Source: a virus. From it: a stretch of 64,000 nucleotides of DNA. The position numbers were made by a program, and so were the translations under genes. This document shows positions 1 through 9,095 of this stretch, piece after piece. Positions within the stretch are counted from its first letter, which is position 1; each line of letters begins with the position of its first letter. The DNA is taken from positions 32,001-96,000 of IMG/VR virus record IMGVR_UViG_3300026512_000005; one strand, 5' to 3'. The notes under the pieces were generated by a model. It ran no database searches and was not told where the DNA came from. It worked only from the letters and a program-made list of their open reading frames with translations.

Positions 1-1227
1 CTTTTTTAATTTTAAATCTAGATTGAATCCGCCTAGATCGACCGCTAGTAATGGTATTGTTTTCTCGTAACCTAATAACTTATTACCAGCACAAGTCATG
101 CATAAACCCGTATCTGACTTACAATATAATGGATCGCGCAGTTCTACTTCTTTATTAAGATAGGTGGTTATACTATCAGTTGTTAACATCGTCATGGTGT
201 TACCCACCTTAATAAATCTACCAAGTAATTCTTCAGTGTTATCTTTAGTTATAACGGTCTTTAGGTATATCTTGGTTTTACAATCAGTATGGTCTATAAC
301 TATATCAGCCGTACTTCTTGTTAGATATTTTGTTAATACACCAGCATCTTTTGTTTCATCACCACGACCCATAGAACCACCTATAACATCATTAAACATA
401 GCTGCTAATGTTTCTGGGTCTTTATTATACCCATCTGATAATGCTATCATGATAGGTGTAGCTTTACCTGTTACATCATTACCAATACCATAAATCCCAT
501 ACATACGTTTTCTGGCCATATTGGTAACTTTCTTGGTAATCATCTTACCGTATGATTTATCTTGTTTAAGATATGCTATATCATATTGTTTCAGACTATC
601 CTCCAACTCGGCAATAGCCAATGCTGTTTTTAATGGTTTCTCCTTATACTTTACCTCCAATTCTTTTATCTTCTCAGATTTAAATTTATCAATACCTGGT
701 GCTTTCCTAATACTATGTTCTGTTACGCCTAAAGTTAAAAAGTTTGTTAATGTATCTATAAACAAACGCATATCTATAAAATTAAGATATTCCTCCGTCG
801 TAATATATGTTTCTAAATCCTTCTTCTCTAACATATTACTTATAAACATGTTCTCTATATAAGATAAGTCAAACTCCTCATTTATATAAGGTATTTTACC
901 ATTAAAGCATTCTACACCTATTAAACAATTAAATAATAATCTACCCATGGTAGTTACTTCTTTTTTAGTTATATTAGGTAATATATCGGGAGTTATTTCT
1001 ATCTCATCTGTACTCTCTACCAGACTACTCTTATACTTATCGGTTATTAATAATACATCTTCGCCATCTTTTATAAAGAACTTAGTACCTTCTACTATTA
1101 CGTAGTCATCTTCATAATCCTCTATTATATAGTTGAATAAACCTAAAATCCATTTTAGTTTAAGGTAACTTTTTTCTTTTATATGCTTGTGGATATGATC
1201 TTGTAACTCTATTTTTATTAATCCCAT
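1..1227 (-). CDS. Virion RNA polymerase beta' subunit, C-terminal part (phiKZ gp80-like); runs off the window edge
   Basis: Not in the ORF track. I translated it from ATG 1227 (MGLIKIELQD...TTMGRLLFNCL...GSMGRGDETKDAG...IDHTDCKT...LRDPLYCKSDTGLCMTCAG...). The T-x-GR-x-x-FN, DC-x-T and R-x-P-x-x-C...C-x-x-C-x-G Zn-site motifs are those of RpoC C-terminal regions. Confidence 0.85.
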   Translation of the reverse strand, partial: MGLIKIELQDHIHKHIKEKSYLKLKWILGLFNYIIEDYEDDYVIVEGTKFFIKDGEDVLLITDKYKSSLVESTDEIEITPDILPNITKKEVTTMGRLLFNCLIGVECFNGKIPYINEEFDLSYIENMFISNMLEKKDLETYITTEEYLNFIDMRLFIDTLTNFLTLGVTEHSIRKAPGIDKFKSEKIKELEVKYKEKPLKTALAIAELEDSLKQYDIAYLKQDKSYGKMITKKVTNMARKRMYGIYGIGNDVTGKATPIMIALSDGYNKDPETLAAMFNDVIGGSMGRGDETKDAGVLTKYLTRSTADIVIDHTDCKTKIYLKTVITKDNTEELLGRFIKVGNTMTMLTTDSITTYLNKEVELRDPLYCKSDTGLCMTCAGNKLLGYEKTIPLLAVDLGGFNLDLKLKK

Positions 1228-2141
1228 AATAGTCCTTTATTAATATAGTTATAAAATCCGGACGTTTCTAGGATAGCATTAACTTCATTAATATCACTAT
1301 GTGTTAATTCAGTAAATTCCTTTAATGCAAAAACAGTTTCTTCTGTATAGGTATCTCTATCAGATATATAATTAACCACCAACAAAGACATAACTATAGT
1401 TATTAGACGTTTCTTAAACAATTCAGCATCATTGTCTGCGTGAATTAGCCTAAGTTCATTTACACCGCGTTTTATAATACTTTGTGTATTATTCTTTATA
1501 AAAGATATCTGATATTTATCTGTTAAAACCTCACTTATTATACTTGGTAGGTTATTGATGTTATAAATTTCTCTAAGTCGTGTAACCATTTGCATATGTA
1601 TAATACTTCCGTTAGTGTTTATTTCTATGTCAGGAATTATATCCTCTTCCTTGCCAATAATACTATTCATTAATATATTTATATTTTTAAATATCTCACC
1701 ATGCGTATCAGTTATAACGTGGTGTGGTAAAGTTGGTTCGATTTTATCATCTAGTATACATATAATCATTTGTATCTTTGTGATATTATCAAACTCTGTA
1801 GTTATTATATCTTTTATGATAACGGCTGTTGACATATCAACATCTTTCAGTGCATCCAATGCCTGTATAATCCGTATAAGCTTATTTATACTATAGTCAA
1901 ACACATCCTCTATTGTTATTTTAATACCTAGTTCCCAGAACACATCTGGTAACAATAATTTATATCTACCTATAAGACGATTACACAACTCACCCGTTGA
2001 CATATCCTCAGGTTTCATAGTTGAGATAATGTCATCTATACTTTCATCATTGTTTCTTATATAGTATTCTCTAAACCATATCAGGGATTCAGCAGTTGCT
2101 GGAGTTGTTATCCCCTGTATAAAAATGACCTCTTGTTCCAT
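1218..2141 (-). CDS. Conserved hypothetical protein (phiKZ gp79-like by position)
   Basis: 307-aa ORF with an AGGAG SD; overlaps the start of the gp80-like gene. Confidence 0.55.
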   Translation of the reverse strand: MEQEVIFIQGITTPATAESLIWFREYYIRNNDESIDDIISTMKPEDMSTGELCNRLIGRYKLLLPDVFWELGIKITIEDVFDYSINKLIRIIQALDALKDVDMSTAVIIKDIITTEFDNITKIQMIICILDDKIEPTLPHHVITDTHGEIFKNINILMNSIIGKEEDIIPDIEINTNGSIIHMQMVTRLREIYNINNLPSIISEVLTDKYQISFIKNNTQSIIKRGVNELRLIHADNDAELFKKRLITIVMSLLVVNYISDRDTYTEETVFALKEFTELTHSDINEVNAILETSGFYNYINKGLLWD

Positions 2142-2240
2142 CGCATACTCCTATTATAAAATCAACTGAACAAATAAGTATATTTATTATTGGTATTTAA
2201 TATACTGATACAAATACTAATCTAATAGGAGATAATAAAA

Positions 2241-2783
2241 ATGGCAACAGCAGAAAACGGTATTGAAGTACCAGCAAACATAAACGATAATAAAACTGGT
2301 ACCACCAATGATGTTAAATGGGAGACACTAGTAGAACTATACAATGGATTATTAACAGGTATAAAAAGTCAGAGACAGGTTTTGCTAACTATTGAAGAAA
2401 CATTCAGTAATGTACTACAGACTAGTCCTGAACTAACTAAGGAGCTAATGGGTGCTGGTCAAGTCACGGTTGAGTTATTCACTGAGTTAACGAATCTTGT
2501 TAAACAACATTCTACTATGGATGATGTTAAGGCTAATAAAATATATCCGTACTCAGGTGTAGTTAATTCCGAAAATAAGAAACACATGGAGGTTTACATA
2601 AATATGATAGTAGCCTATGAGGGACTAAATACCAAGTTAATTGATATTACAGAAATTGTTACAACACATATACTTGCTCGAATGTATGAAGTAGCTAGCT
2701 TAAATAATATTACAGTTACCAATAAAGGTATTGAACTACTTAAAACAACTGGAATTGAAGGAGCTAAAGATGTCACAAAATAA
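2241..2783 (+). CDS. Hypothetical helical protein
   Basis: 180-aa ORF with an AGGAG SD. Confidence 0.6.
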   Translation: MATAENGIEVPANINDNKTGTTNDVKWETLVELYNGLLTGIKSQRQVLLTIEETFSNVLQTSPELTKELMGAGQVTVELFTELTNLVKQHSTMDDVKANKIYPYSGVVNSENKKHMEVYINMIVAYEGLNTKLIDITEIVTTHILARMYEVASLNNITVTNKGIELLKTTGIEGAKDVTK

Positions 2784-4236
2784 TGATGAAGTATGTGAAC
2801 CTGTTATAGATCAAAAACCAAAAGTAGATAACACACCAGAGGATGAGTCAGACTTTTATCTTGGTGCAGAACCTATAGACAACAATGGAATGTCTAAGTT
2901 AAAAGAACCTAGAGTTATACCGTCTTATACAGCGGATAGTATTGAAAAATATCAAGAGTCTGAGTATGAGATAAATCCTAAGGATAAAGAGTTAGCTGTA
3001 ACTGATTACCTTGTACAACAGTCAAATGACTTTGTTCCTAAGTATAACATGGGATGGGTACGCGATTACAAGACAGTTACTAATAAACCAGTGGTTGACG
3101 GTGTCAATGTCGCGTTACGACAACTTAAACTAGGTACTCGTGCTAAATCTGGTAAATCGGCTCTATTAAAACTAACTGAAAAGATAGGCTTGGGTAGACC
3201 TATTTCTGTACCGTTATATCATAGTGGTTTCACTGTTAACGTAACCCCCTTTAATAGCGAAGATATTATTAAGTTAGAATTTGCATTAGTAGAAGAACTT
3301 AATCGTGTCGGTAAACAAACGAATACCTTAGCGTTTAGTCATTATGAGATTATATTTGCTAAAGTCATTTTTGATTGTTTTAAAGAACGTATTATGGACA
3401 GTACTTTGGATTTGTCTACTGATGAGGATATTGCATCTTACATAAGTCTTAATGACATTTATATAATAGCTTGGGCTTTAGGTTTGTCTATATATCCAAC
3501 AGGTTTTCAGGCTGTTATACCGTGTAGTCAGTCCGTTATCAGGGATGAAAAAGGTAAACCTATGTGTAGTCATAGAACCAAACTGAAACTTAATGTTGAA
3601 GATTTATTACATGTTGATCCAAGTAAATTGAACGCAAAGCAACGCACTCTCATCACTACCAAGAAACCTCGTTCACTCACTACAGAAGAAGTTACACAAT
3701 ACAGAGAAACATTAGCACCTAGTGAAACTTACACTTATGATACAGAGGATGATACTAATCTTTCTATAACATATGCTGTACCTACACTAGATAAGTATTT
3801 TGAATATGGTGAGATTTTTATAGATGAACTACACGAAGAGTGTATCGAGTTGGTTAGAACTAACAAACAGTTGGACGATAAGTCTGCTGAGAATATACTT
3901 ATGGAAGTGGTTAAACTTAAAACATACAACCATATGATAGAAGCGATACCTATCGATGACGTTCTACTTACAACCCATGAAGGGATAAATGAAGCGTTAT
4001 CTATATTTAACTCTGATACTGTACTTATAAATGATATAACGACAGATATACAAGATTATCTACAAAAAACAAGTATTGCTACAGTAGGCGTACCTACATA
4101 TACTTGTCCTACCTGTACAACCGATATGAGTAAGACTGAACTTATACCTCTGGCGGTATACGATTATTTTTTTACCCTACTGCATTCAAAATACAAAAAG
4201 ATATTAGAACGTCTGGAAAAACAAAACAAGAAATAA
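2770..4236 (+). CDS. phiKZ gp77-like protein; putative T4 gp26-like tail/baseplate assembly chaperone
   Basis: Start moved to ATG 2770 (AAGGAG SD). It has a GLG-x-P-x-x-VPLYHSGF motif, Cys pairs (PC...C, CPTC) and a C-terminal 'YDYFF' on a T7 run. Confidence 0.65.
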   Translation: MSQNNDEVCEPVIDQKPKVDNTPEDESDFYLGAEPIDNNGMSKLKEPRVIPSYTADSIEKYQESEYEINPKDKELAVTDYLVQQSNDFVPKYNMGWVRDYKTVTNKPVVDGVNVALRQLKLGTRAKSGKSALLKLTEKIGLGRPISVPLYHSGFTVNVTPFNSEDIIKLEFALVEELNRVGKQTNTLAFSHYEIIFAKVIFDCFKERIMDSTLDLSTDEDIASYISLNDIYIIAWALGLSIYPTGFQAVIPCSQSVIRDEKGKPMCSHRTKLKLNVEDLLHVDPSKLNAKQRTLITTKKPRSLTTEEVTQYRETLAPSETYTYDTEDDTNLSITYAVPTLDKYFEYGEIFIDELHEECIELVRTNKQLDDKSAENILMEVVKLKTYNHMIEAIPIDDVLLTTHEGINEALSIFNSDTVLINDITTDIQDYLQKTSIATVGVPTYTCPTCTTDMSKTELIPLAVYDYFFTLLHSKYKKILERLEKQNKK

Positions 4237-4742
4237 AGCACCAAGAATTAGTTCTTGAGAAATATTTAATTCAATTTGGTGTCTATGATATTAAACATAA
4301 TATTATAGACACTATAAAAGATTTACTTGTTCTTGATAAAGATGAATTAGTATTGCGTTATATAAACACCCTTAAAAAGGTAGTACCTAAGAATACTGAT
4401 TTGTCATATTTGAATGCAGAGATTATAAATCTTAAGGTTACAAATATACTATTGAAACAACCTGTTAATAAGAATAATAATTTAGATACTGTTAGTTACA
4501 GTGAATCTAATAATATTTATTTAACAGAGAATTTCTTTACGATATACGAAACCTTTATACGCACTAATATTTACGAATTAACTGGTATAGGATATACTGA
4601 ATTTAAAGAACTTAGTATACTAGAGCGTGAAACTATGCTCAAATATTTAAACTTTAAATTGGATACAATGAATTTAGATGTTGAAGAACTTACTGATACG
4701 ACCACTCCTACCTATACAGATAATGATGAGATATTTAGATAA
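4173..4742 (+). CDS. Start-less -1 frame ORF, putative frameshift extension of the gp77-like protein (gpGT/gp51-like)
   Basis: The frame is open from 4134 to 4742. The track's TTG start at 4353 has no SD. The C-terminal 'ELTGIGYTEFKELSILERETML' resembles chaperone-extension motifs. Confidence 0.6.
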   Translation, partial: YPTAFKIQKDIRTSGKTKQEIKHQELVLEKYLIQFGVYDIKHNIIDTIKDLLVLDKDELVLRYINTLKKVVPKNTDLSYLNAEIINLKVTNILLKQPVNKNNNLDTVSYSESNNIYLTENFFTIYETFIRTNIYELTGIGYTEFKELSILERETMLKYLNFKLDTMNLDVEELTDTTTPTYTDNDEIFR

Positions 4743-4749
4743 TAAGGAT

Positions 4750-5487
4750 ATGACCTTGGAAGAAACACATTTAAAACTTAATAAAAGTATTTATATAGAC
4801 TTAGATAGTCTATATGATACTAGGTTAGCTACAGTTAAGGAGATAGATAATGTACTAGCTATATCGGAATTAGATAACGTACATTATCTATCAAGGGTCT
4901 ACGAGGAGTTCGGCTATGTAACTAATAATGTTTTTAGTTTACGTTACCAACTCAGGAATAATAAAACTCTTAAAGATAGTTTTGTAACACGTGCCTTACA
5001 TTTATTAATTCTAGAATGTGAGTCACTTATGGAGAAACATCGTGAACTTGATGTTAACTCTATAATAACTGTTGATATAAATATGTTTCCGTATAACATA
5101 GGACAGGAAACACAAGAGATGATTATAAAGATTATAAAGACATTTAACAGAATGGATAATGTAGAGTATTACTTTATAAACGTTAACCCCAAAAAGTATA
5201 GTCTACAAATGGCTAATGATACTTACAATGTTATGATTATGTATGAAGGGTTGAGATGGTTAGATATATGCTTAACTAAACGACCTTACAACGCTTCCAA
5301 CGTACATTTATACGTACCAGCTTTGTTAATGGATGCAATGGTGTTAACTAATGTTAAAGACATAGAAAACATATTTGAGGCACAGGCAAAGTTATATTCA
5401 CCATATATAAATATGACTATGTTGCCTATAGAATATTTTTCCTATATGGAAAACTTTAAAGAAAAAATAATAGAACAGTATAAGTAG
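4750..5487 (+). CDS. Conserved phiKZ-like protein with an N-terminal HAD-like DxD motif
   Basis: 'IYIDLDSLYDTRL' motif; the start is probably ATG 4750, after AAGGA. Confidence 0.5.
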   Translation: MTLEETHLKLNKSIYIDLDSLYDTRLATVKEIDNVLAISELDNVHYLSRVYEEFGYVTNNVFSLRYQLRNNKTLKDSFVTRALHLLILECESLMEKHRELDVNSIITVDINMFPYNIGQETQEMIIKIIKTFNRMDNVEYYFINVNPKKYSLQMANDTYNVMIMYEGLRWLDICLTKRPYNASNVHLYVPALLMDAMVLTNVKDIENIFEAQAKLYSPYINMTMLPIEYFSYMENFKEKIIEQYK

Positions 5488-5505
5488 TCGTGAGACTACT
5501 TATAC
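5478..5505. terminator. Bidirectional terminator-like hairpin between convergent genes
   Basis: GTATAAGTAGTC-gtga-GACTACTTATAC, a 12-bp perfect stem containing both stop codons. Confidence 0.75.
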
Positions 5506-7224
5506 CAACTCTGCTATTTCTGCTATATTTTCACTCTCTACAATTGTATCATTTTCAAATGTATTTGTTAACATAGGACGGACACAGTCTATCATCTCCT
5601 GTGTTTGCGTATCTATTATAAACTTACCCGTTTTTATATCAACATTGGTATAGGGATTTATTTTAAATCTAGGACTAGGATTCTTTTTAGACATATGTAA
5701 CATAGAACCGAACACTATATCCTCAGCACTAATAAATTTGGTATTAAGTGGGAATGCATTCTTTTTAGATCTCGACACCCCTGAACCACGGTTCTGGTCT
5801 TCTAGAATGCTTGTCATATTGAAATACATATTATCGGATGTATTACTAACGGGTGTTACCCCTAGGTTAATAGCATTTGATTTAATGTTCTTATATATTT
5901 TCTTGGTAGATAGTACCTTGTTAAATATACGTGCTAACTCTTTCTCAGTTAATATCCTGTTACTGGAGGCTCGTTTGAATTCTAGGAATGCTTTATTAAC
6001 ACCTACAATGATTACAAATAATATGTAATAAGGTAAATCTATATATCTGTTATCTAACTTACTACTGTAATTTTCATAGTTCAAAACTAAATCATTAAAT
6101 GAAATAATACAATGATTTAATAACTCGAAGAAATCATCTACATCTATGTTTATCTCTAACAGCTTTTCTTTCACTATTAGGTCTAAGTAACCATTAAGTA
6201 TATTTATGTGTTCTAGCATATCTGTTTGGACTCTGTCTAGTGTAAATCTATTCTTAAAGATGACCTTACCTAATAATGTAACCCAGAAGAGCGACTCATC
6301 ATCTATCTTAGAAAAATCAAAGTCAGTAGTTATTGGTTTATCACCTTTTATAACTGTTGGTACTTGTTCGGCAAAAGCTGGTGTTAAATCAAAACTGTAT
6401 ATGAGACTAGCTACGTATGTTTCTAGTATAGGATTAACATCTTCTTTCTTAATAAATATAGATATATTATGTGGTACATAATTAACTGTATTTAATGTAC
6501 GTGGCCGTATACCTGTTGTAGTGTACTCTTTATAATTCTTTCGTAATGCAGTCGTATCTATATCTTTAGTACGCATTATTTTGGGTACGGTATTAAAAAG
6601 TTTCTTAAATGTATTAAGAAATCCATATTTAACAAAACTATACAAAGCTATTGGAATTATATCATTTACTTTATCAACAAGTTTATACGAACGAGAATGT
6701 ATAATTTGTATAGATACCTTCTCATCGTCTACTAGAATGTTACGATACATTTTCTTTATATTTAACTTATCTCTAAGTACACGTACAAATAACTCACTAG
6801 GTGCTGGACTGATCGGGTACTCAGATAATACTGGATTTAAACAGTAATGACTATCAGATAATTTTAAGTAGCCACCTCTATCTACATATGGTAATGCTAT
6901 AACTCTATTAAAAGCTTTATTATTATATTCAAAACCATACTCTACCTTATAGATATAGTCACGACCTATGTCTATAATGTTCTTACTAGCACTAGCGTTG
7001 ATGTTGTTATAGAAATCTTCTAATGGAGATAGTTTTCTAAAACCTTTATATATCATAGGTACAGAACTATCTATAGTACTCATGGCTGATTTAAAAACAG
7101 CATCTAAATATCTAGGTAGAACCTTGACGTAATGTCTAGCTAGACCGTCGGCTATATCTTTATTAAACTTGGGATTATCATTCTCTAAAATATCCATCAT
7201 AATTGGGTCAAGTGCGTTTACCAT
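5500..7224 (-). CDS. Non-virion RNA polymerase beta subunit, N-terminal part (phiKZ gp123-like)
   Basis: 574 aa; N-terminal PKFN...DGLA and 'ALPYVDRGGYLKLSDSHY' (equivalent of RpoB region A); lies downstream of the MCP block as in phiKZ. Confidence 0.8.
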   Translation of the reverse strand: MVNALDPIMMDILENDNPKFNKDIADGLARHYVKVLPRYLDAVFKSAMSTIDSSVPMIYKGFRKLSPLEDFYNNINASASKNIIDIGRDYIYKVEYGFEYNNKAFNRVIALPYVDRGGYLKLSDSHYCLNPVLSEYPISPAPSELFVRVLRDKLNIKKMYRNILVDDEKVSIQIIHSRSYKLVDKVNDIIPIALYSFVKYGFLNTFKKLFNTVPKIMRTKDIDTTALRKNYKEYTTTGIRPRTLNTVNYVPHNISIFIKKEDVNPILETYVASLIYSFDLTPAFAEQVPTVIKGDKPITTDFDFSKIDDESLFWVTLLGKVIFKNRFTLDRVQTDMLEHINILNGYLDLIVKEKLLEINIDVDDFFELLNHCIISFNDLVLNYENYSSKLDNRYIDLPYYILFVIIVGVNKAFLEFKRASSNRILTEKELARIFNKVLSTKKIYKNIKSNAINLGVTPVSNTSDNMYFNMTSILEDQNRGSGVSRSKKNAFPLNTKFISAEDIVFGSMLHMSKKNPSPRFKINPYTNVDIKTGKFIIDTQTQEMIDCVRPMLTNTFENDTIVESENIAEIAELV

Positions 7225-7276
7225 AGTTATCCTTCTTTAATTTATTTACATCTTAATATTAAATGTTTAAAAAACA

Positions 7277-8299
7277 CTATGGTATTAAAGTCTTTAAAAG
7301 ATTTATTCCATCTTTAAAAGCAGAGATTTCTTCTTTCTCTAATTTAATCTCAGCTGTAGCTTGGTTAACTACATACGCATTTAATTTATGTAGAGATATC
7401 TCTTGGTCTATAAGGTATTTTCTCCAGTCATTGATTGCTTTAATTTTAGTATTAACAACATTGGCAATTTGTAATTGATGTTCAGCGTAATCTTTTAATA
7501 GGTCTGATTCTGTTCTAGTCTTAGCGAATAACCCAGTTAATGATAGTTCATCCTTATAGACCTTTTCACTATGGACGCGTTTACCATTGTAAAACATAGT
7601 TGTATCCAGATGACAACTATCCGTTGTATGAACTGTTGGTATACTCACTTCCTTATCTAAAATGTTAACACGTAGTCTGTTATTGTTTTTACTCTTAGCC
7701 TTAATAACTAACGTAAGTCCTTTTTCCTCATGTGTGCTATTTGCTATAGGGGTCACCTCTTTAGCGACTATATCGCGATAAAGGTCTTCTATACTAAGAG
7801 ATATTCGATGTCCATTGCAACTGACTACCTTATACTTTATAATACTTGACATTGGTATAAAATATACAAAACGAACAGTTATTCTCCTACCATAATTATT
7901 ACCACTAGCTACCTCCTCTAAATATTTCAACAAAGACGCCACCTCACTTTTAGGTAACATCATCCTGTTATTTTGTACCGTATAAACTAATGAGTTTATA
8001 TGGGATTTCATCTCTGGTCTAATAGTAAAAGCTTTTACAATATAGACACCTTTACCATATGTATGTTCATTAAACATATTATAACTATGTACTGCACGTA
8101 GTGGGAAGCCACCACTATCTATCCAAGGCATCGCCGCCTGTGTATCTACGTTACAATAAAACCATGTTTTTATAGATGGATTTATATACTCGACGTTTTC
8201 ATCTATAGCAGACCTGTGATCCAATATATTCGTCTTAAATATTACATCGCTAAATGGTAACTCTGCGACGTAACGGCTCTTTATCTCTTCGTTATTCAT
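7277..8299 (-). CDS. Hypothetical protein (phiKZ gp122-like by position)
   Basis: 340 aa with a C-terminal coiled coil; preceded by an early-type promoter motif. Confidence 0.55.
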   Translation of the reverse strand: MNNEEIKSRYVAELPFSDVIFKTNILDHRSAIDENVEYINPSIKTWFYCNVDTQAAMPWIDSGGFPLRAVHSYNMFNEHTYGKGVYIVKAFTIRPEMKSHINSLVYTVQNNRMMLPKSEVASLLKYLEEVASGNNYGRRITVRFVYFIPMSSIIKYKVVSCNGHRISLSIEDLYRDIVAKEVTPIANSTHEEKGLTLVIKAKSKNNNRLRVNILDKEVSIPTVHTTDSCHLDTTMFYNGKRVHSEKVYKDELSLTGLFAKTRTESDLLKDYAEHQLQIANVVNTKIKAINDWRKYLIDQEISLHKLNAYVVNQATAEIKLEKEEISAFKDGINLLKTLIP

Positions 8300-8321
8300 T
8301 ACACTCCTTTATATTGTTATA

Positions 8322-8342
8322 TTTACATATTAGTAATATATA
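8322..8342 (-). promoter_or_regulatory. Early (virion-RNAP) promoter
   Basis: Minus strand TATATATTACTAATATGTAAA; matches the phiKZ early TATATTAC motif and the other copies in this window. Confidence 0.7.
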
Positions 8343-8361
8343 GAACAATAGGAATAGAAAC

Positions 8362-8398
8362 AATATAACAGTCTAGGATTACCCTAGACTGTTATATT
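8362..8398 (-). terminator. Terminator hairpin
   Basis: AATATAACAGTCTAGG-attac-CCTAGACTGTTATATT, a 16-bp stem right after the stop codon. Confidence 0.75.
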
Positions 8399-9008
8399 AA
8401 ATAGCGTAGTATCTTGTAATATTACTGATGCCTGTATCAGTAAGATATTTAAACATAGACGGCACATGAATAGTACCCTTATTAACATCTCTTGTAGAAA
8501 TATCTGCAAGTGTATGTATAACTTCGCTGATAATCTGGAAAGCCAATTTACTCTCATTACCGAAAGTCCAATGATAATCAAACTTAAGTAATGCAACTTC
8601 CGAAAACTTACCGTCACCAGCAATCATAAACATTCTATTTATAATATCAAAGTTTTGTTTAAAGTGGTTATAATCAACAGTGTTAATTACATTTCTTAAT
8701 TCAACGCAAAAATCGTATTTAGTAGCGACTTCTACTTGTGGTTCAGTATTAGCTGGTAAATTAAGATATCTCTCTATAACACTAATAGTATGGTCAACAA
8801 CACTGTTACCCTTATGGAACTCTTTAATCTCTTCAAAAGACTTAAGGTGGTTAACACTTTTAGCTTTGACCACAGGTGGGTTTGCAGGTGGGTTTGGAGG
8901 TATCGTTGGCGTAGGTTCTAATTGTTTAGTACCATTTTGTTTAACCTTAGGTTCACCAGTCTTTTCATCTAGTCCATCATCATTTTTAAATTGTTTTGCG
9001 TGTGACAT
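8397..9008 (-). CDS. Hypothetical protein with a Pro-rich N-terminal linker, next to the MCP gene
   Basis: 203 aa; contains PTPTIPPNPPANPP; AAGGAG SD. Confidence 0.6.
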   Translation of the reverse strand: MSHAKQFKNDDGLDEKTGEPKVKQNGTKQLEPTPTIPPNPPANPPVVKAKSVNHLKSFEEIKEFHKGNSVVDHTISVIERYLNLPANTEPQVEVATKYDFCVELRNVINTVDYNHFKQNFDIINRMFMIAGDGKFSEVALLKFDYHWTFGNESKLAFQIISEVIHTLADISTRDVNKGTIHVPSMFKYLTDTGISNITRYYAI

Positions 9009-9095
9009 TTTAATATTCTCCTTATTAATTGTTCAAAAGATTAATACATAGCCTCCATAAAAGAGAACTATGTATTAAGAAAAAGTAGGTGTCTA

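Noticed and set aside
164-862. Plus-strand track ORFs 164-493 and 521-862
   Set aside because: They are antisense shadows of the vRNAP beta' gene, which the track missed because it runs off the window.
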